IMG/VR virus record: IMGVR_UViG_2537561606_000002
Coordinates: 3,904-67,903 of that record
Length of the DNA: 64,000 nt
Direction: 5' to 3' (one strand)
From: a virus
Lineage: Duplodnaviria > Caudoviricetes
Shown one piece after another: positions 38,892 through 48,787 of the stretch. A program made the position numbers and the translations under genes. Position 1 is the first letter of the stretch. Each line of letters starts with the position of its first letter. The notes beneath the pieces were generated by a model that searched no databases, was not told the DNA's origin, and saw nothing but the letters and a program-made list of their open reading frames with translations.

Positions 38892-39845
38892 TTAAGACAC
38901 TAAAATCATATTCGTTTCTTCTAAATTGTTTTTAGCCTCTATACAAGACCTTTCGTCTAAATCAATTCCCAAAAAGTCTCTTTCTAGTTTTAGAGAAGCT
39001 TTTCCTACGGTTCCTTCCCCCGTAAAAGGATCTAGGACGGTTCCGTTTTTTTTAGTTCCCGCTAATATACAAATCTCAAACAACTCGATCGGTCCCACTG
39101 CCGTATGCCTTGTTTTGGAATTTGGAGTCGGTATTTGCCAGACACTTCTTCTTTTTGCGGTAAACTCGTTATCTTTGATTTTATTTCTTAAGATTCTTTT
39201 TTGAATAAGAGTTGGATTTTCTGCTTTTGTGACTTCGTAATTTTTAAGTGACTTTGAATTCTTTACTAAAATTTGTTCCAGTTTTGTTTTTGGATCGATT
39301 CCATTGACTGCAAGTGGAACCGATACGTTTTTAAGATTTAGATAAAATTTCTTTAAATCCAATACGAAAAACAATACGTATTCGTGCGAATTCGTAAACC
39401 TACGATTTACGGACTCCGGTTTACAAGAACCTATATTTCCGTTTTTGGTTGTGATCGATTTTGCCCAAATGATTTCCTGTATATAGTAGTATCCAATACC
39501 CTCCATCATATCAATAAACTGACTCGGTATTTTTAATGCCTTTCCCCCTTTAAAAGTTTCTCCTATATTTACGAATACCGTTGCATTGATTTTCAGTAGT
39601 TTTTTAGCCTCTTTGAACACTTTCTCTAAATTCTTTAGATAGTGTGTGATACTATTTTCACAACCGATTTCTTGATTCTTTTCAGGGTGTAATTTTTCCA
39701 AATAATCCCTCTTTTGAAAATAGGGAACAGAGGTTACTAAGCTATCGATTTTGTTTCTGTATCCGGGAACATACGTCAACTCTTGTAAAATTTTTGAGGA
39801 ATCGCCTTGTAGGATTTCAAAATTCATGCGATCCTCTCGTAACAA
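38892..39845 (-). CDS. Site-specific DNA methyltransferase (N4-C/N6-A, beta class)
   Basis: TSVPY (SPPY-like) catalytic motif, IIWAK, HEY, VLDPFTGEGT SAM motif, GIDLD. Confidence 0.9.
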   Translation of the reverse strand: MLREDRMNFEILQGDSSKILQELTYVPGYRNKIDSLVTSVPYFQKRDYLEKLHPEKNQEIGCENSITHYLKNLEKVFKEAKKLLKINATVFVNIGETFKGGKALKIPSQFIDMMEGIGYYYIQEIIWAKSITTKNGNIGSCKPESVNRRFTNSHEYVLFFVLDLKKFYLNLKNVSVPLAVNGIDPKTKLEQILVKNSKSLKNYEVTKAENPTLIQKRILRNKIKDNEFTAKRRSVWQIPTPNSKTRHTAVGPIELFEICILAGTKKNGTVLDPFTGEGTVGKASLKLERDFLGIDLDERSCIEAKNNLEETNMILVS

Positions 39846-40720
39846 TAACTAGCAATCGACTCGAACAGGTTTTCAGAGCACTGCCACTTTCCCGATTCCA
39901 GTTCCGCAAGGTAGGACTGTGAATACCCCAATGCCTGTGACAGCTGAAACTGTGTAAGCCCTGCGTCTATTCTTAGCTGTCTGATTTGTTGTGCGGCTTC
40001 TAGGTTTTCTTCTTTAAAGTTTTTATCATACCAGACAGATCTCGCCGCCTTGGCACTTTCGTGGATTATATTTCTTAACTTTCCTACCCATTCATAACTT
40101 AGATTTTTGCCGCTTACGTTTAAGAGATAGTTCCCGTTAGATAATCCTGAGAGATTGATCCTTAGATTTTTAATCCTCTTTTTGGACCAGAGTGTTTCCA
40201 ACTCCTCTAAGTTCACGACTTCCGAGTTTTGATTGTGGAATTTTTTTAGATCCGATTGAATCGTTTGTAGGGAGAGGGATAATTTTTTGGAAACTTCCTC
40301 TATTTTATTCTTATTCGTGAATTTGAGGTTGAGTATTTCAGGACAATAGATCTTATACACCCTTAACCTCGCCTTGTGCCCTATATGAGGTTTTAATATA
40401 TTTCTTCGGATCAAATAACTCAACTCGTCTTCCGGATTGACTTTATATCCGCTAATCTCGGTCCACCCTAGTCGTTTTACCGCCTCTACCCTATGTTCTC
40501 CTGATAGACAGAGATAGTTGTCATTTTGAAAATCATATTTTACGGATATTGGCTCGTGTAGCCCCTCTTTTTGTATGTTACTAGATAATTCCCTTATATA
40601 TTCCGGTTTTCTTTTTTGGAATAACTCGTTATTTTTTTCGTGATACCTAATTTTGTGAATCGGTATCTGTTCTATTTTTAAATTGTTTTTGATTTCGTGT
40701 AAGAATGGTAATTCTTGCAT
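39824..40720 (-). CDS. ParB/Srx N-terminal domain + C-terminal XRE HTH protein
   Basis: EGLHEPI..LSGEHRVEA and IRQLRIDAGLTQFQLSQALGYSQSYLAELESG. Confidence 0.85.
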   Translation of the reverse strand: MQELPFLHEIKNNLKIEQIPIHKIRYHEKNNELFQKRKPEYIRELSSNIQKEGLHEPISVKYDFQNDNYLCLSGEHRVEAVKRLGWTEISGYKVNPEDELSYLIRRNILKPHIGHKARLRVYKIYCPEILNLKFTNKNKIEEVSKKLSLSLQTIQSDLKKFHNQNSEVVNLEELETLWSKKRIKNLRINLSGLSNGNYLLNVSGKNLSYEWVGKLRNIIHESAKAARSVWYDKNFKEENLEAAQQIRQLRIDAGLTQFQLSQALGYSQSYLAELESGKWQCSENLFESIASYCYERIA

Positions 40721-40745
40721 ACCCTTTGTTATTTTTTTCTATTTA

Positions 40746-40795
40746 AAAGAGTCCTTTCGTTTTTTTTAATCCTTAAAAAAAAATAAGGACTCTTT
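40746..40795. repeat. Long imperfect palindrome (terminator/operator)
   Basis: AAAGAGTCCTT-TCG-TTTTTTTTAA-TCC-TTAAAAAAAA-AT-AAGGACTCTTT. Confidence 0.75.
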
Positions 40796-40884
40796 ATTTT
40801 TACGGATGTAGTTTTAACAAAGTATGATTACGCGTTTTTTATTATCCCCACGTTAGTTTTGGCGATTAATCTTCTCCCTCTTTT

Positions 40885-41139
40885 TTAAGCCGCTTTACCG
40901 TTTTTCCAAACTCTCGTTTTTACGGGTCTGTAGTTCGTCTTTCTCGAATATACGTATTTTTGTACGGAATACTCGATTCCTAAAGGTGCGGTTTTTTGTA
41001 ACTCTATAGCCTTCTCAATCGCTCTTTTTAAGCCGTCGTTTCCGGTAAAATATTCATGACCCGCAGATCCCCAAATTCTTGGGGAGGTGCTTGTTGGTTG
41101 AATGTGTTTGTAGATATGATATTCTATTCGTTGGTCCAT
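40885..41139 (-). CDS. Hypothetical early protein
   Basis: ORF of 84 aa in the early operon. Confidence 0.6.
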   Translation of the reverse strand: MDQRIEYHIYKHIQPTSTSPRIWGSAGHEYFTGNDGLKRAIEKAIELQKTAPLGIEYSVQKYVYSRKTNYRPVKTRVWKNGKAA

Positions 41140-41148
41140 ATTAACACT

Positions 41149-41370
41149 TTACGCCACGTCGTCACAACCAACCTTTGGGGATTTTAGTATTCGGATTGCA
41201 TCCATATATCTGATTGCATCACGGCGGTCCATATAGAGGTGTTCTTCGTCCTTTTCTCTCACAAAAAACGTATCTGTTTCTTCTAAGGGTTTTGGAACTT
41301 TATATTCTTTTTCTTTCTTGTACGAAATCGGTTCTAGTACATTTTGGTTGGTTAAATTTAAACGGCTCAT
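41149..41370 (-). CDS. Hypothetical early protein
   Basis: ORF of 73 aa with ATGA overlap. Confidence 0.55.
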   Translation of the reverse strand: MSRLNLTNQNVLEPISYKKEKEYKVPKPLEETDTFFVREKDEEHLYMDRRDAIRYMDAIRILKSPKVGCDDVA

Positions 41371-42839
41371 GCGGCACTTCCCTGCGAATTTTCTTTCCCA
41401 TTTTCAATTGTAGTCTTTTTAATTTCTGAGTTCTGAATAAGATCCGGATACACTTCGTTTACGAATTTTTCATACAGTATCTTTTTCGTTCCTTCGTATT
41501 TGAGAGGATCTGAGTTTTGTTCGTAATATTCTAATTGTTGTTTAAACAACTTTGTCTTACCCCACACTAAAAAACATTTGTAAGGATCTAGGTTGTTTAA
41601 CTCTTCTATGGGTGTTTCTTGGATCGTCTTACTCTCGTTATATTTGGATTCAGTTCGTAATGATTTATTTTGTTGTTCATTTCGCTTTGGATTTTTTTCA
41701 GTAGGTTTTACTTTTCTTTCAAATAACCTAGACCAAAACTTAGAGATGGATTCAGGACTCAAAGACTGCTCATACCAAAACTGGGGATCTTGTTTTCTTA
41801 GTTGGATGAGGATTTGAATTTTACTTTCAATAACGTTCCATTCCCCTTTAGAAAACTCAAAGAGTGAGCTTAATGCTTTTAGTTCCGAGTCCGGTTGTCC
41901 CATTTCACTTCCATGTTCTTTTAAATAGTAATCCTGAAATTTAATAAGCCAAGCAGCCGGAAATTGAAAACGTGGATTCTCTTTTTGTTTGTGCTGATCT
42001 TGATTGTGTTCTTCTCTGTGCGTTTTTGCAGGCGGGCCGTACTCTCTAGAAGTATTTTGTATTTGATTAAAGAGTACTTGTTTTGATAGTCCTTGGTATA
42101 TAGTATTTGATAGGGGTTGATTTTCCAGGCCTGGATTTACCGCGACTGGATTTTCCAGGTGCGGGTTTTCCAAGTGTGGTAAATCGATTCTATGATTTTC
42201 TTCTCTCTGAATTTTTATTTCTTTTTCTATTAAAAGTTCCTTTTGTTCTTCTCTGTGCGCTTGTGCGGGCAGGCGGTACTCTCTAGAAGTATTTTGTATT
42301 TGAGAAGAGAGTATTTGTTTTGATAGTCCTTGGTATATAGTATTTGATAGGGATTGATTTTCCAGGCCTGGATTTACCGCGACTGGATTTTCCAGGTGCG
42401 GGCTTTCCGAGAGTGGTAAATCCGGTCCTGGATTTTCCACTCCAGGACTTTTTATTTCTTCTTCTGCAAAAAGTTCCCCTTGTTTCAATTCCTCCTTTTT
42501 AGAACGGTTCGGCACAGATTGAACGTTTGGTTTTTGAGACTCTTCGAAAAAATACCAACCCGATTCAAATTTACCGGTTACAGTATTTCGAGTTTTTCGG
42601 TACTCTGCATATCCAAAGGCAACTAACTCCTTAAACCCGGATGAGATACTTGACTCTTTGTCGGATTTCAGTTTAGTCATCGTTTTTACGGACATTCTCC
42701 AGTTATCCGGATAACGTAAGGCAAGAAGTAAAATTGCGGTTGCCTTCAGGCTTAAGCGTCTATCATCGATAAAATTATTTTTGACTATCGAGAAGTTCCG
42801 GTCTTTTGATACCCGATACACTCTTTGATTCTCATTCAT
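41367..42839 (-). CDS. Phage replication initiator (winged HTH, lambda O-like architecture)
   Basis: RNFSIVKN.FIDDRRLSLKA...ELVAFGY wHTH, followed by PxxENP repeats. Confidence 0.8.
   Translation of the reverse strand: MNENQRVYRVSKDRNFSIVKNNFIDDRRLSLKATAILLLALRYPDNWRMSVKTMTKLKSDKESSISSGFKELVAFGYAEYRKTRNTVTGKFESGWYFFEESQKPNVQSVPNRSKKEELKQGELFAEEEIKSPGVENPGPDLPLSESPHLENPVAVNPGLENQSLSNTIYQGLSKQILSSQIQNTSREYRLPAQAHREEQKELLIEKEIKIQREENHRIDLPHLENPHLENPVAVNPGLENQPLSNTIYQGLSKQVLFNQIQNTSREYGPPAKTHREEHNQDQHKQKENPRFQFPAAWLIKFQDYYLKEHGSEMGQPDSELKALSSLFEFSKGEWNVIESKIQILIQLRKQDPQFWYEQSLSPESISKFWSRLFERKVKPTEKNPKRNEQQNKSLRTESKYNESKTIQETPIEELNNLDPYKCFLVWGKTKLFKQQLEYYEQNSDPLKYEGTKKILYEKFVNEVYPDLIQNSEIKKTTIENGKENSQGSAA
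42007..42422. repeat. About 179-bp direct repeat (42007-42185 / 42244-42422) containing 15-bp-period GGATTTTCCA-like iterons
   Basis: Two near-identical copies 237 bp apart; recurring GGATTTTCCAGG / GGATTTACC / GGGTTTTCC units. Confidence 0.9.
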
Positions 42840-42853
42840 ACATTAAACTCTTA

Positions 42854-43201
42854 TTATGCGGCTTCGTGATTTCGACCGGAGGCTACTTGCAAATAACGGG
42901 AAAACGGTATATCGATTCCTTTTTTCTTTTCCTCATTCCATTTCGTTTGAATGTATTTCAGTACTCGTTCAGCATCGTTTACGGAATGCGTATAATAAAA
43001 TAGATTTCCTCGATCCAAAAAGCTTAAACACGCTTCCCCGATTCGAATTTCAAAGTCGGGGATTCTTAAGTTCTTATAAAGTCCAGGGTCCGTTGTTTGT
43101 TCTCTGAAATCGTTTATGTATAACAGGATTTCAATTCTCGTTTTATTCCGAATCCGTAACCGGTCTACTAGATCCGGATTGTTTGCCTCAATTGGTTCCA
43201 A
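42854..43201 (-). CDS. Hypothetical early protein
   Basis: ORF of 115 aa in operon context. Confidence 0.6.
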   Translation of the reverse strand: MEPIEANNPDLVDRLRIRNKTRIEILLYINDFREQTTDPGLYKNLRIPDFEIRIGEACLSFLDRGNLFYYTHSVNDAERVLKYIQTKWNEEKKKGIDIPFSRYLQVASGRNHEAA

Positions 43202-43260
43202 CTATTTTTCCTTTTTTAGTGATTTCTATTTTTGCATTTTTGTAGATGGGCTTAACTTCT

Positions 43261-43593
43261 TTATCTCACGATCGATCTTTCGAAACTCTTATCTTGGATG
43301 ATCCATTTCTGTTCCAACTCTGTTTTGTTCGGATCTTTAAAGTGAATTATCTCCGAATACCCAAACAAATTCAGATTGTTTAATATCTCATTCGTCTCGT
43401 TTGCAGTATTCCCAGTGTATTGAGAAAGTTCATTTACGGAGTAATTTGTTTGCGGTCTGAGATAAAGTGCGTTGTAAAGCAGTCCCAGTTCGGCCGGCCC
43501 TAACCTTTTATCATTCAAGAAATCCCCGTCCGCGCCAAACTGTTCGTTTATTTTATCTGCATAGTAACTTCGAATCGCCCGGAGCTTTTTCAT
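43261..43593 (-). CDS. Stand-alone wHTH paralogous to the initiator N-terminus
   Basis: FLNDKRLG...SVNEL...NLNLFGYSE versus FIDDRRLS...SVKTM...ELVAFGYAE; GGAGG SD. Confidence 0.7.
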   Translation of the reverse strand: MKKLRAIRSYYADKINEQFGADGDFLNDKRLGPAELGLLYNALYLRPQTNYSVNELSQYTGNTANETNEILNNLNLFGYSEIIHFKDPNKTELEQKWIIQDKSFERSIVR

Positions 43594-43736
43594 ACGGCCG
43601 CCTCCAATATACGGTTAGGATTTTCAATTTCGTCCAATTATATCGATAGAGAATTGATTCTAATCGAGCTCGTTTTGTAATTTCTATCCGAGTCATTTGT
43701 CTCGGAATTTCGTTTAAAGGTTCCAACTAATTTTTC

Positions 43737-43886
43737 CTAAATTGATGTTATTTTAGATTTCGCGTATTTTTTATTAATTTCCGTTAGTATCTGTCTTGGA
43801 GTCTGACGCTTAAATCGATATCGGTAAATTGAGAATCCGATATAGAATCCCCAAATGATTAAAATTGTTATTAAAAGTTCGTTCAT
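43737..43886 (-). CDS. Small single-TM protein (49 aa; missing from ORF track)
   Basis: MNELLITILIIWGFYIGFSIYRYRFKRQ...; purine-rich RBS. Confidence 0.55.
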   Translation of the reverse strand: MNELLITILIIWGFYIGFSIYRYRFKRQTPRQILTEINKKYAKSKITSI

Positions 43887-43890
43887 TCCC

Positions 43891-44070
43891 CTACCCCTTT
43901 TTCATCCCCTCTTTGACTATATACCTCAAATGTTCTTCGATAACCCAATCGATACACCATGTACGCGAAGAGTGGCCGTAAACTATCACATCGGTCCTAG
44001 AGTCGTAGACTTCATAATAGCTTGCGCCCTCCCCTATCGGGTTGATTTTTAAATAATTTATGGGGTCCAT
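43891..44070 (-). CDS. Small hypothetical protein (59 aa; missing from ORF track)
   Basis: MDPINYLKINPIGEGASYYEVYDSRTDVIVYGHSSRTWCIDWVIEEHLRYIVKEGMKKG. Confidence 0.55.
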   Translation of the reverse strand: MDPINYLKINPIGEGASYYEVYDSRTDVIVYGHSSRTWCIDWVIEEHLRYIVKEGMKKG

Positions 44071-44475
44071 TGGGCCATTTTTTGTTTAATTTGATTCCAA
44101 AACTGTTGTTTTGGGCACAATTAATTTATATTTTCCTAATATACTTCGTTTTTGTTTGTGCTAGTGTCTTTGAAAATGGGCCCAAATTTATCAATTTGGT
44201 AGTTTTGTTTTTGATTTTTTTAGCTTTAATGAACTAATATCTTTACGATTTCGTTTATATATTCGCTTACTTTAATGGATAATTCACATGACTTTCTTCA
44301 ACTCGAAGTTACTCAATTCGATGCCGTATGTTGTTTTTCGTTCTTTTTTCTCCTAAATAGGAGACTATTTCAGTTCTTTAGTCTTTTCCTGTGGTTAGCA
44401 CAGGAATGCTCTATATTTGCCATAAATGGGAATGATTCCCATTTGTATACTTTAATTTAGGATTTTTTCCCATTT

Positions 44476-44871
44476 ATGAAACAAAAAAAGGTTAAAAATA
44501 TTACTCAGAAATTTTTACTAATGGAGGAAGAACTTGGCAAAACGCCAAAAGAAATTGCTGAAATTTTAGAGGTGGATTTAAGCACTTATTACAAAACGAA
44601 GCGCGGGGCGATTTCTCTTAGCAGCCACTTTCTGGTTAAAGTCGAACATATCCTTGGGTACAGTAGAGATTGGTTAGAATTCGGGAAAGGCAATCCGAAA
44701 GTTGAAGATTCTAAACCTTTATCCGAAATCGCATCCCATCGGTCCATTTTAAATAAGCTCAAAGCTTATGACCTCATCCCTATTTTAGAAATCCTTCCGC
44801 ACAATCCAGTCGCAGAAGACAAAAGAGTCCTGTTGGATCTTTTAAATCTTTTTGTTCAAAAATTTAGGTAA
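44476..44871 (+). CDS. XRE/CI-like HTH repressor
   Basis: LGKTPKEIAEILEVDLSTYYKTKRG...YSRDWLEFGKG; divergent from the early lytic operon. Confidence 0.8.
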   Translation: MKQKKVKNITQKFLLMEEELGKTPKEIAEILEVDLSTYYKTKRGAISLSSHFLVKVEHILGYSRDWLEFGKGNPKVEDSKPLSEIASHRSILNKLKAYDLIPILEILPHNPVAEDKRVLLDLLNLFVQKFR

Positions 44872-45212
44872 TTGATTCTACCGCTTCAAACCCGTTTGTA
44901 GCTTTGATTTCGGAGTCGGAGTTCAGACAAAAGTTTTACAGGACTTTATCGGGGGATTTTTTCTTTATGGGTCCTGCGTTTTTTGCTTTGGTTCTGTTCG
45001 GTTTTTATTCCATTCTTATATTCTTGTATGCCCGATTCTTTCTCTTGTTGTGGATGCTTCCTGGGCTAATGGAAAAAGAATTTTATTTGAAATATAAACT
45101 TCCCTTACTCTAGGCTGGCTTATTTATTCACTATAAACAACTAAACGCCCATTAAGAACAACAGGTTGCACTTTACAAAATTAATACTTTAAAAAAAAAT
45201 TCTTTTCTACTT

Positions 45213-46109
45213 ATGTCTTATATCCAAAATTGCAATATGCCACCACAATTTGTTATTACAATCACAAACCCAAAAGGCGGAACCGGCAAATCAACTACCG
45301 CATTTCATTTGACAATCTCTATCTCCAAAAATGGGAAAACCTTGGCAGCCGATGTTGACATGCAGGCCGATTTTTCCGATGCTTTTTTTCCCGATACACC
45401 CATTGAAGATTTCGACGAAGCGAATACTTTTACAGTGATAAGAGGGGAAACTACGCTTAAAAATTCTGTTAGAAGCAAACATGGAATCGATGTTTTAGTG
45501 TCGTCTTTAGAAATGGAAGACTTCGCATATCATGCGACAAAAAATCAATCACTCATTCCAAAGCTTGGCTCCATTCTTCGAAATTCAGATTATGACTATG
45601 TGATTATTGATACTCCTGGTTCCGGATCTTCGGAAACAATATCCTCTATTATGGCAGCTGATTATGTTTTAATTCCCGTTAAACCTTCCAAGTGGGCAAC
45701 AAGGACTATAAAAAGAGTATTAAAAAAAATAAACGAGGCACAACAATTTCTCAACACTATTCAATCTGGCAGAACCATTGAATCGTTTATAGTTCCAGTA
45801 CAATGGGGAAAAGCCAAACAGCCCTCCGCACGAGCTATTCAAATCCTAGACCAACTCCAAAATTATAATGAAATTCTTTCTCTTCTCAAAAAAAAGGAAG
45901 TTGGTTTTGATTTAGTAAAATGTCCAATAGTTACCGACCCAATACCATATATTCAAGAAATGGACGACAGAACTGAAAATGGTGAGCCCTTTAAACCAAA
46001 TACTATAGGCTCAGAACATTATGACCGATTAGTTGATACAATTTTGAATTTTCACCTAAATAAACCATCTAAAAAAGACACCCAGTTGTCCTTAACATAC
46101 GACAAGTAA
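45213..46109 (+). CDS. parA: ParA family partition ATPase
   Basis: Deviant Walker A NPKGGTGKST, DVDMQA, YDYVIIDTPG, ADYVLIPV. Confidence 0.95.
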   Translation: MSYIQNCNMPPQFVITITNPKGGTGKSTTAFHLTISISKNGKTLAADVDMQADFSDAFFPDTPIEDFDEANTFTVIRGETTLKNSVRSKHGIDVLVSSLEMEDFAYHATKNQSLIPKLGSILRNSDYDYVIIDTPGSGSSETISSIMAADYVLIPVKPSKWATRTIKRVLKKINEAQQFLNTIQSGRTIESFIVPVQWGKAKQPSARAIQILDQLQNYNEILSLLKKKEVGFDLVKCPIVTDPIPYIQEMDDRTENGEPFKPNTIGSEHYDRLVDTILNFHLNKPSKKDTQLSLTYDK

Positions 46110-46114
46110 ACCTT

Positions 46115-47059
46115 ATGGCAAAAAAACGAGAAATCTTCAGCCTTTTGTCAACAGCTACGGGCAGTAAAATAGAGCTCGAAAAAGCCGAAGAACGTCTTCC
46201 TTCAAGAGCAAATGTATTTTTACAAGACTTAGCCAATTTAAACAGTCAGAATGGGGAATTAAGAAAGATAAAAATATCTTTAATAGATTCAAAAAATAAT
46301 CCACGCAAAACATTTATACAAGAATCGATCGAAGGACTCGCAAAAAGTATAAAAGCACAAGGATTAATTCAGCCTATAGTTGTAAAAAAAGCAGGAAAAA
46401 GATTCAATTTAATAGCGGGTGAGAGACGAAAACTCGCAATGACTCTAAATGGAGAAGAGTTTATTTTAGCCCTTGTTCACGATGTTGATTATATAGAAGA
46501 CGAATTCATACCGGAATACAAATTAACAGAAAATCTACAAAGAGAGGACTTATCAGATCTAGAATCTGCATTTTCATTATCCGAAATCAAAGAGAGAAAA
46601 AACTATACAGTAACCGAGCTTATGAATCGATTTGGGAAATCAGAGTCGTGGGTTAAACAAAAATTAGCTCATGCCAAGTTAGCCGATGATCTTGTATCCA
46701 AGAATATTGTTCCGTCTATAACATTACTAAATAAAGTTCCCACTTCACTGATTATGCAATTAAAACCACACATTGAATCGAACCCAAAAGAAATTTCCAA
46801 TTGGCTTATTCCGAAATTACAGTCTACCGAATTGCCTACAAGGATTGAATTTCAGGATTTTGCAAACAATCTTAAAAAAACGATTACAAAGCCAACAGCA
46901 ATCGATGAGACCAAAAAGCAATTAGATAAAAAATATAGGATAACGTTATTAATACAAAAAATCCAAAAAGACAAAGATTTGATAAGCGTTATTAAAAAAA
47001 GAATAACTCAAAATCAAAAGCTCCTTGATGAACTTCAAAATAAAAAAAAGAAAACCTAA
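46115..47059 (+). CDS. parB: ParB/RepB/Spo0J partition protein
   Basis: NPRK.F, GLIQPIVV, LIAGERR, ENLQREDL. Confidence 0.95.
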   Translation: MAKKREIFSLLSTATGSKIELEKAEERLPSRANVFLQDLANLNSQNGELRKIKISLIDSKNNPRKTFIQESIEGLAKSIKAQGLIQPIVVKKAGKRFNLIAGERRKLAMTLNGEEFILALVHDVDYIEDEFIPEYKLTENLQREDLSDLESAFSLSEIKERKNYTVTELMNRFGKSESWVKQKLAHAKLADDLVSKNIVPSITLLNKVPTSLIMQLKPHIESNPKEISNWLIPKLQSTELPTRIEFQDFANNLKKTITKPTAIDETKKQLDKKYRITLLIQKIQKDKDLISVIKKRITQNQKLLDELQNKKKKT

Positions 47060-47120
47060 GTTTTTTTATTTTTATTTAAAAAGTGCTGGTACTTGATTGG
47101 CAAACTATTAATGTCGTATT

Positions 47121-47321
47121 GAATCGAAATTCACCACGATTCACTGTTAATAGACCTGCTGAGATGTGGTAGTCAAAGCAGGTCAATTTCTCAAATTTAA
47201 ATCTCAAAATAATAAATTATGTCTCTTTTTTGCTTGACACCCGTTTCGTACCTGATTCTAGTCCAAAATATCTTAGGCGACATAACTAAGATTGGCCACT
47301 ACCACTTAGGCCACTAACAGT
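47121..47321. promoter_or_regulatory. Control region upstream of rep: inverted repeats, sigma70-like promoter, short direct repeats
   Basis: GAATCG/CGATTC (47121-47142), GACCTGCT/AGCAGGTC (47153-47184), TTGACA-17-TCTAGT (47234-47262), GGCCACTA x2. Confidence 0.5.
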
Positions 47322-47452
47322 GAATCGAGGACCTACCGAAAAGGCTCATGCCTGACCTTAGTTCCCCGTTTCTTAATAGAGTAGGGTAATTCAAACTTTT
47401 ACCGTGCTGCGCCCGCGCTATGTCCGGCACCGTAAAAAGGGAATAAAAGACT

Positions 47453-48787
47453 ATGGGTGAAGCTTTGTCCACAAGTTGTGCGTTTACTATATCAAACGTA
47501 ATCGAGTCACTACCATTAACAAGGGCCAAACGACAATTATTATCTAGAATCACCGATTTAGATATCGCAGGAAAAAAGCGGGGGCTTGGCGGTTGTATTG
47601 CAAAGAACAAATCACTCGGTAGAAAAGTAGGACTCGCTGAAACTACAGTTTCTAAGTATATCCGCGAAATGAAGGCGGAAGGATACCTGGTCGCTGGAAC
47701 ATTTCACGGACATTACCGAATACTCAATTCGAATCTGAGTAATGCCGTTGAAATGGAGAGATATCAATACAACCTATCAAAATTCCAAGAAAAAAATACT
47801 AGGCTGCCTAGTATTGAAATCCTAGAGAGCGGCTCCCAGGAGTACGGAGCAGCCCCGTACGAGGGTACGGAGCGTTGTTTTAGTAACCAAAGTACAAATA
47901 CAACGAGTAATAAAAATAATGAAAAATCTTCTTCTAAAATTAAATGGTCAAATATCGCTGAACATGCAAAAACTCTTATATTGAACGAGTTTGGTGAATA
48001 TGACTCTATTCCGGAGAAAGAAAAAGAAAAAATTAAACTCTGGCAAAAACTCTGTAATGAGAATTCTGAAATTTCACCAGAGACAATACTGGAAACAATC
48101 CGAAAACTAATCTATATCAAAGAGAAATACAAAACGAATACCTTTTGGAATTCCATACCGGTGAATATAGCATCATCCTACTCGTACAAAGATAGAATTA
48201 AAAGTACATACAATGCGCTTTTACAAGCGAATTCAAACACAGCGAAACAGCCCACAGAAGGAGAGAACGTTTCTCAAGAACAGAACTCGAGCGTAGCTCG
48301 GAGATACCAAGACCCCACTTGGGAGAGTTTCTTAAACTGGTCATCGAAACGGTTAACCAGATCCAGTATCGAAATTCTGAAACGAGTTCAAGTCCAGTTT
48401 AGAGATAACGGAACACTTTTGATTTTAAACACAGTGCCGAAATCTTTACAGATGATCATTACGAAGTATTTTACGGAGGAAGTTCATGTGTTTCTACCAG
48501 TTGAATTTTTAAACGGAACCAGATTGGAGGAAAAATCTAATAGTATAAATTCAGAAGCTAATGTGAACCGCAATGAAGAAACTTTTTCACATGAGGAATT
48601 TATGCAGGCACTTGCAAAACTAGGAAAGGGGAAATCTTGCAATATACAGTTAGTATCAGCACCTTTACAAAATCAGACAGGAATGGGTCGTCAAATAACA
48701 AACGATTACGTTTTCTTTCAAAGCAAGAATACAAAAAACAAATTCAAAACTGAAACGCAAGCAAGACCTGAAAGGATCCTTATGTAA
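47453..48787 (+). CDS. Plasmid replication initiator (Leptospira-type HTH Rep)
   Basis: GGCIAKNKSLGRKVGLAETTVSKYIREMKAEGYL wHTH, downstream of parAB. Confidence 0.75.
   Translation: MGEALSTSCAFTISNVIESLPLTRAKRQLLSRITDLDIAGKKRGLGGCIAKNKSLGRKVGLAETTVSKYIREMKAEGYLVAGTFHGHYRILNSNLSNAVEMERYQYNLSKFQEKNTRLPSIEILESGSQEYGAAPYEGTERCFSNQSTNTTSNKNNEKSSSKIKWSNIAEHAKTLILNEFGEYDSIPEKEKEKIKLWQKLCNENSEISPETILETIRKLIYIKEKYKTNTFWNSIPVNIASSYSYKDRIKSTYNALLQANSNTAKQPTEGENVSQEQNSSVARRYQDPTWESFLNWSSKRLTRSSIEILKRVQVQFRDNGTLLILNTVPKSLQMIITKYFTEEVHVFLPVEFLNGTRLEEKSNSINSEANVNRNEETFSHEEFMQALAKLGKGKSCNIQLVSAPLQNQTGMGRQITNDYVFFQSKNTKNKFKTETQARPERILM

Noticed and set aside
42007..42422. CRISPR-like array
   Set aside because: Repeats are in-frame intragenic duplications with no unique spacers and no cas genes.
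44904..45113. Hydrophobic 69-aa ORF between repressor and parA
   Set aside because: TTG start, no RBS, no recognisable motif; cannot be supported.
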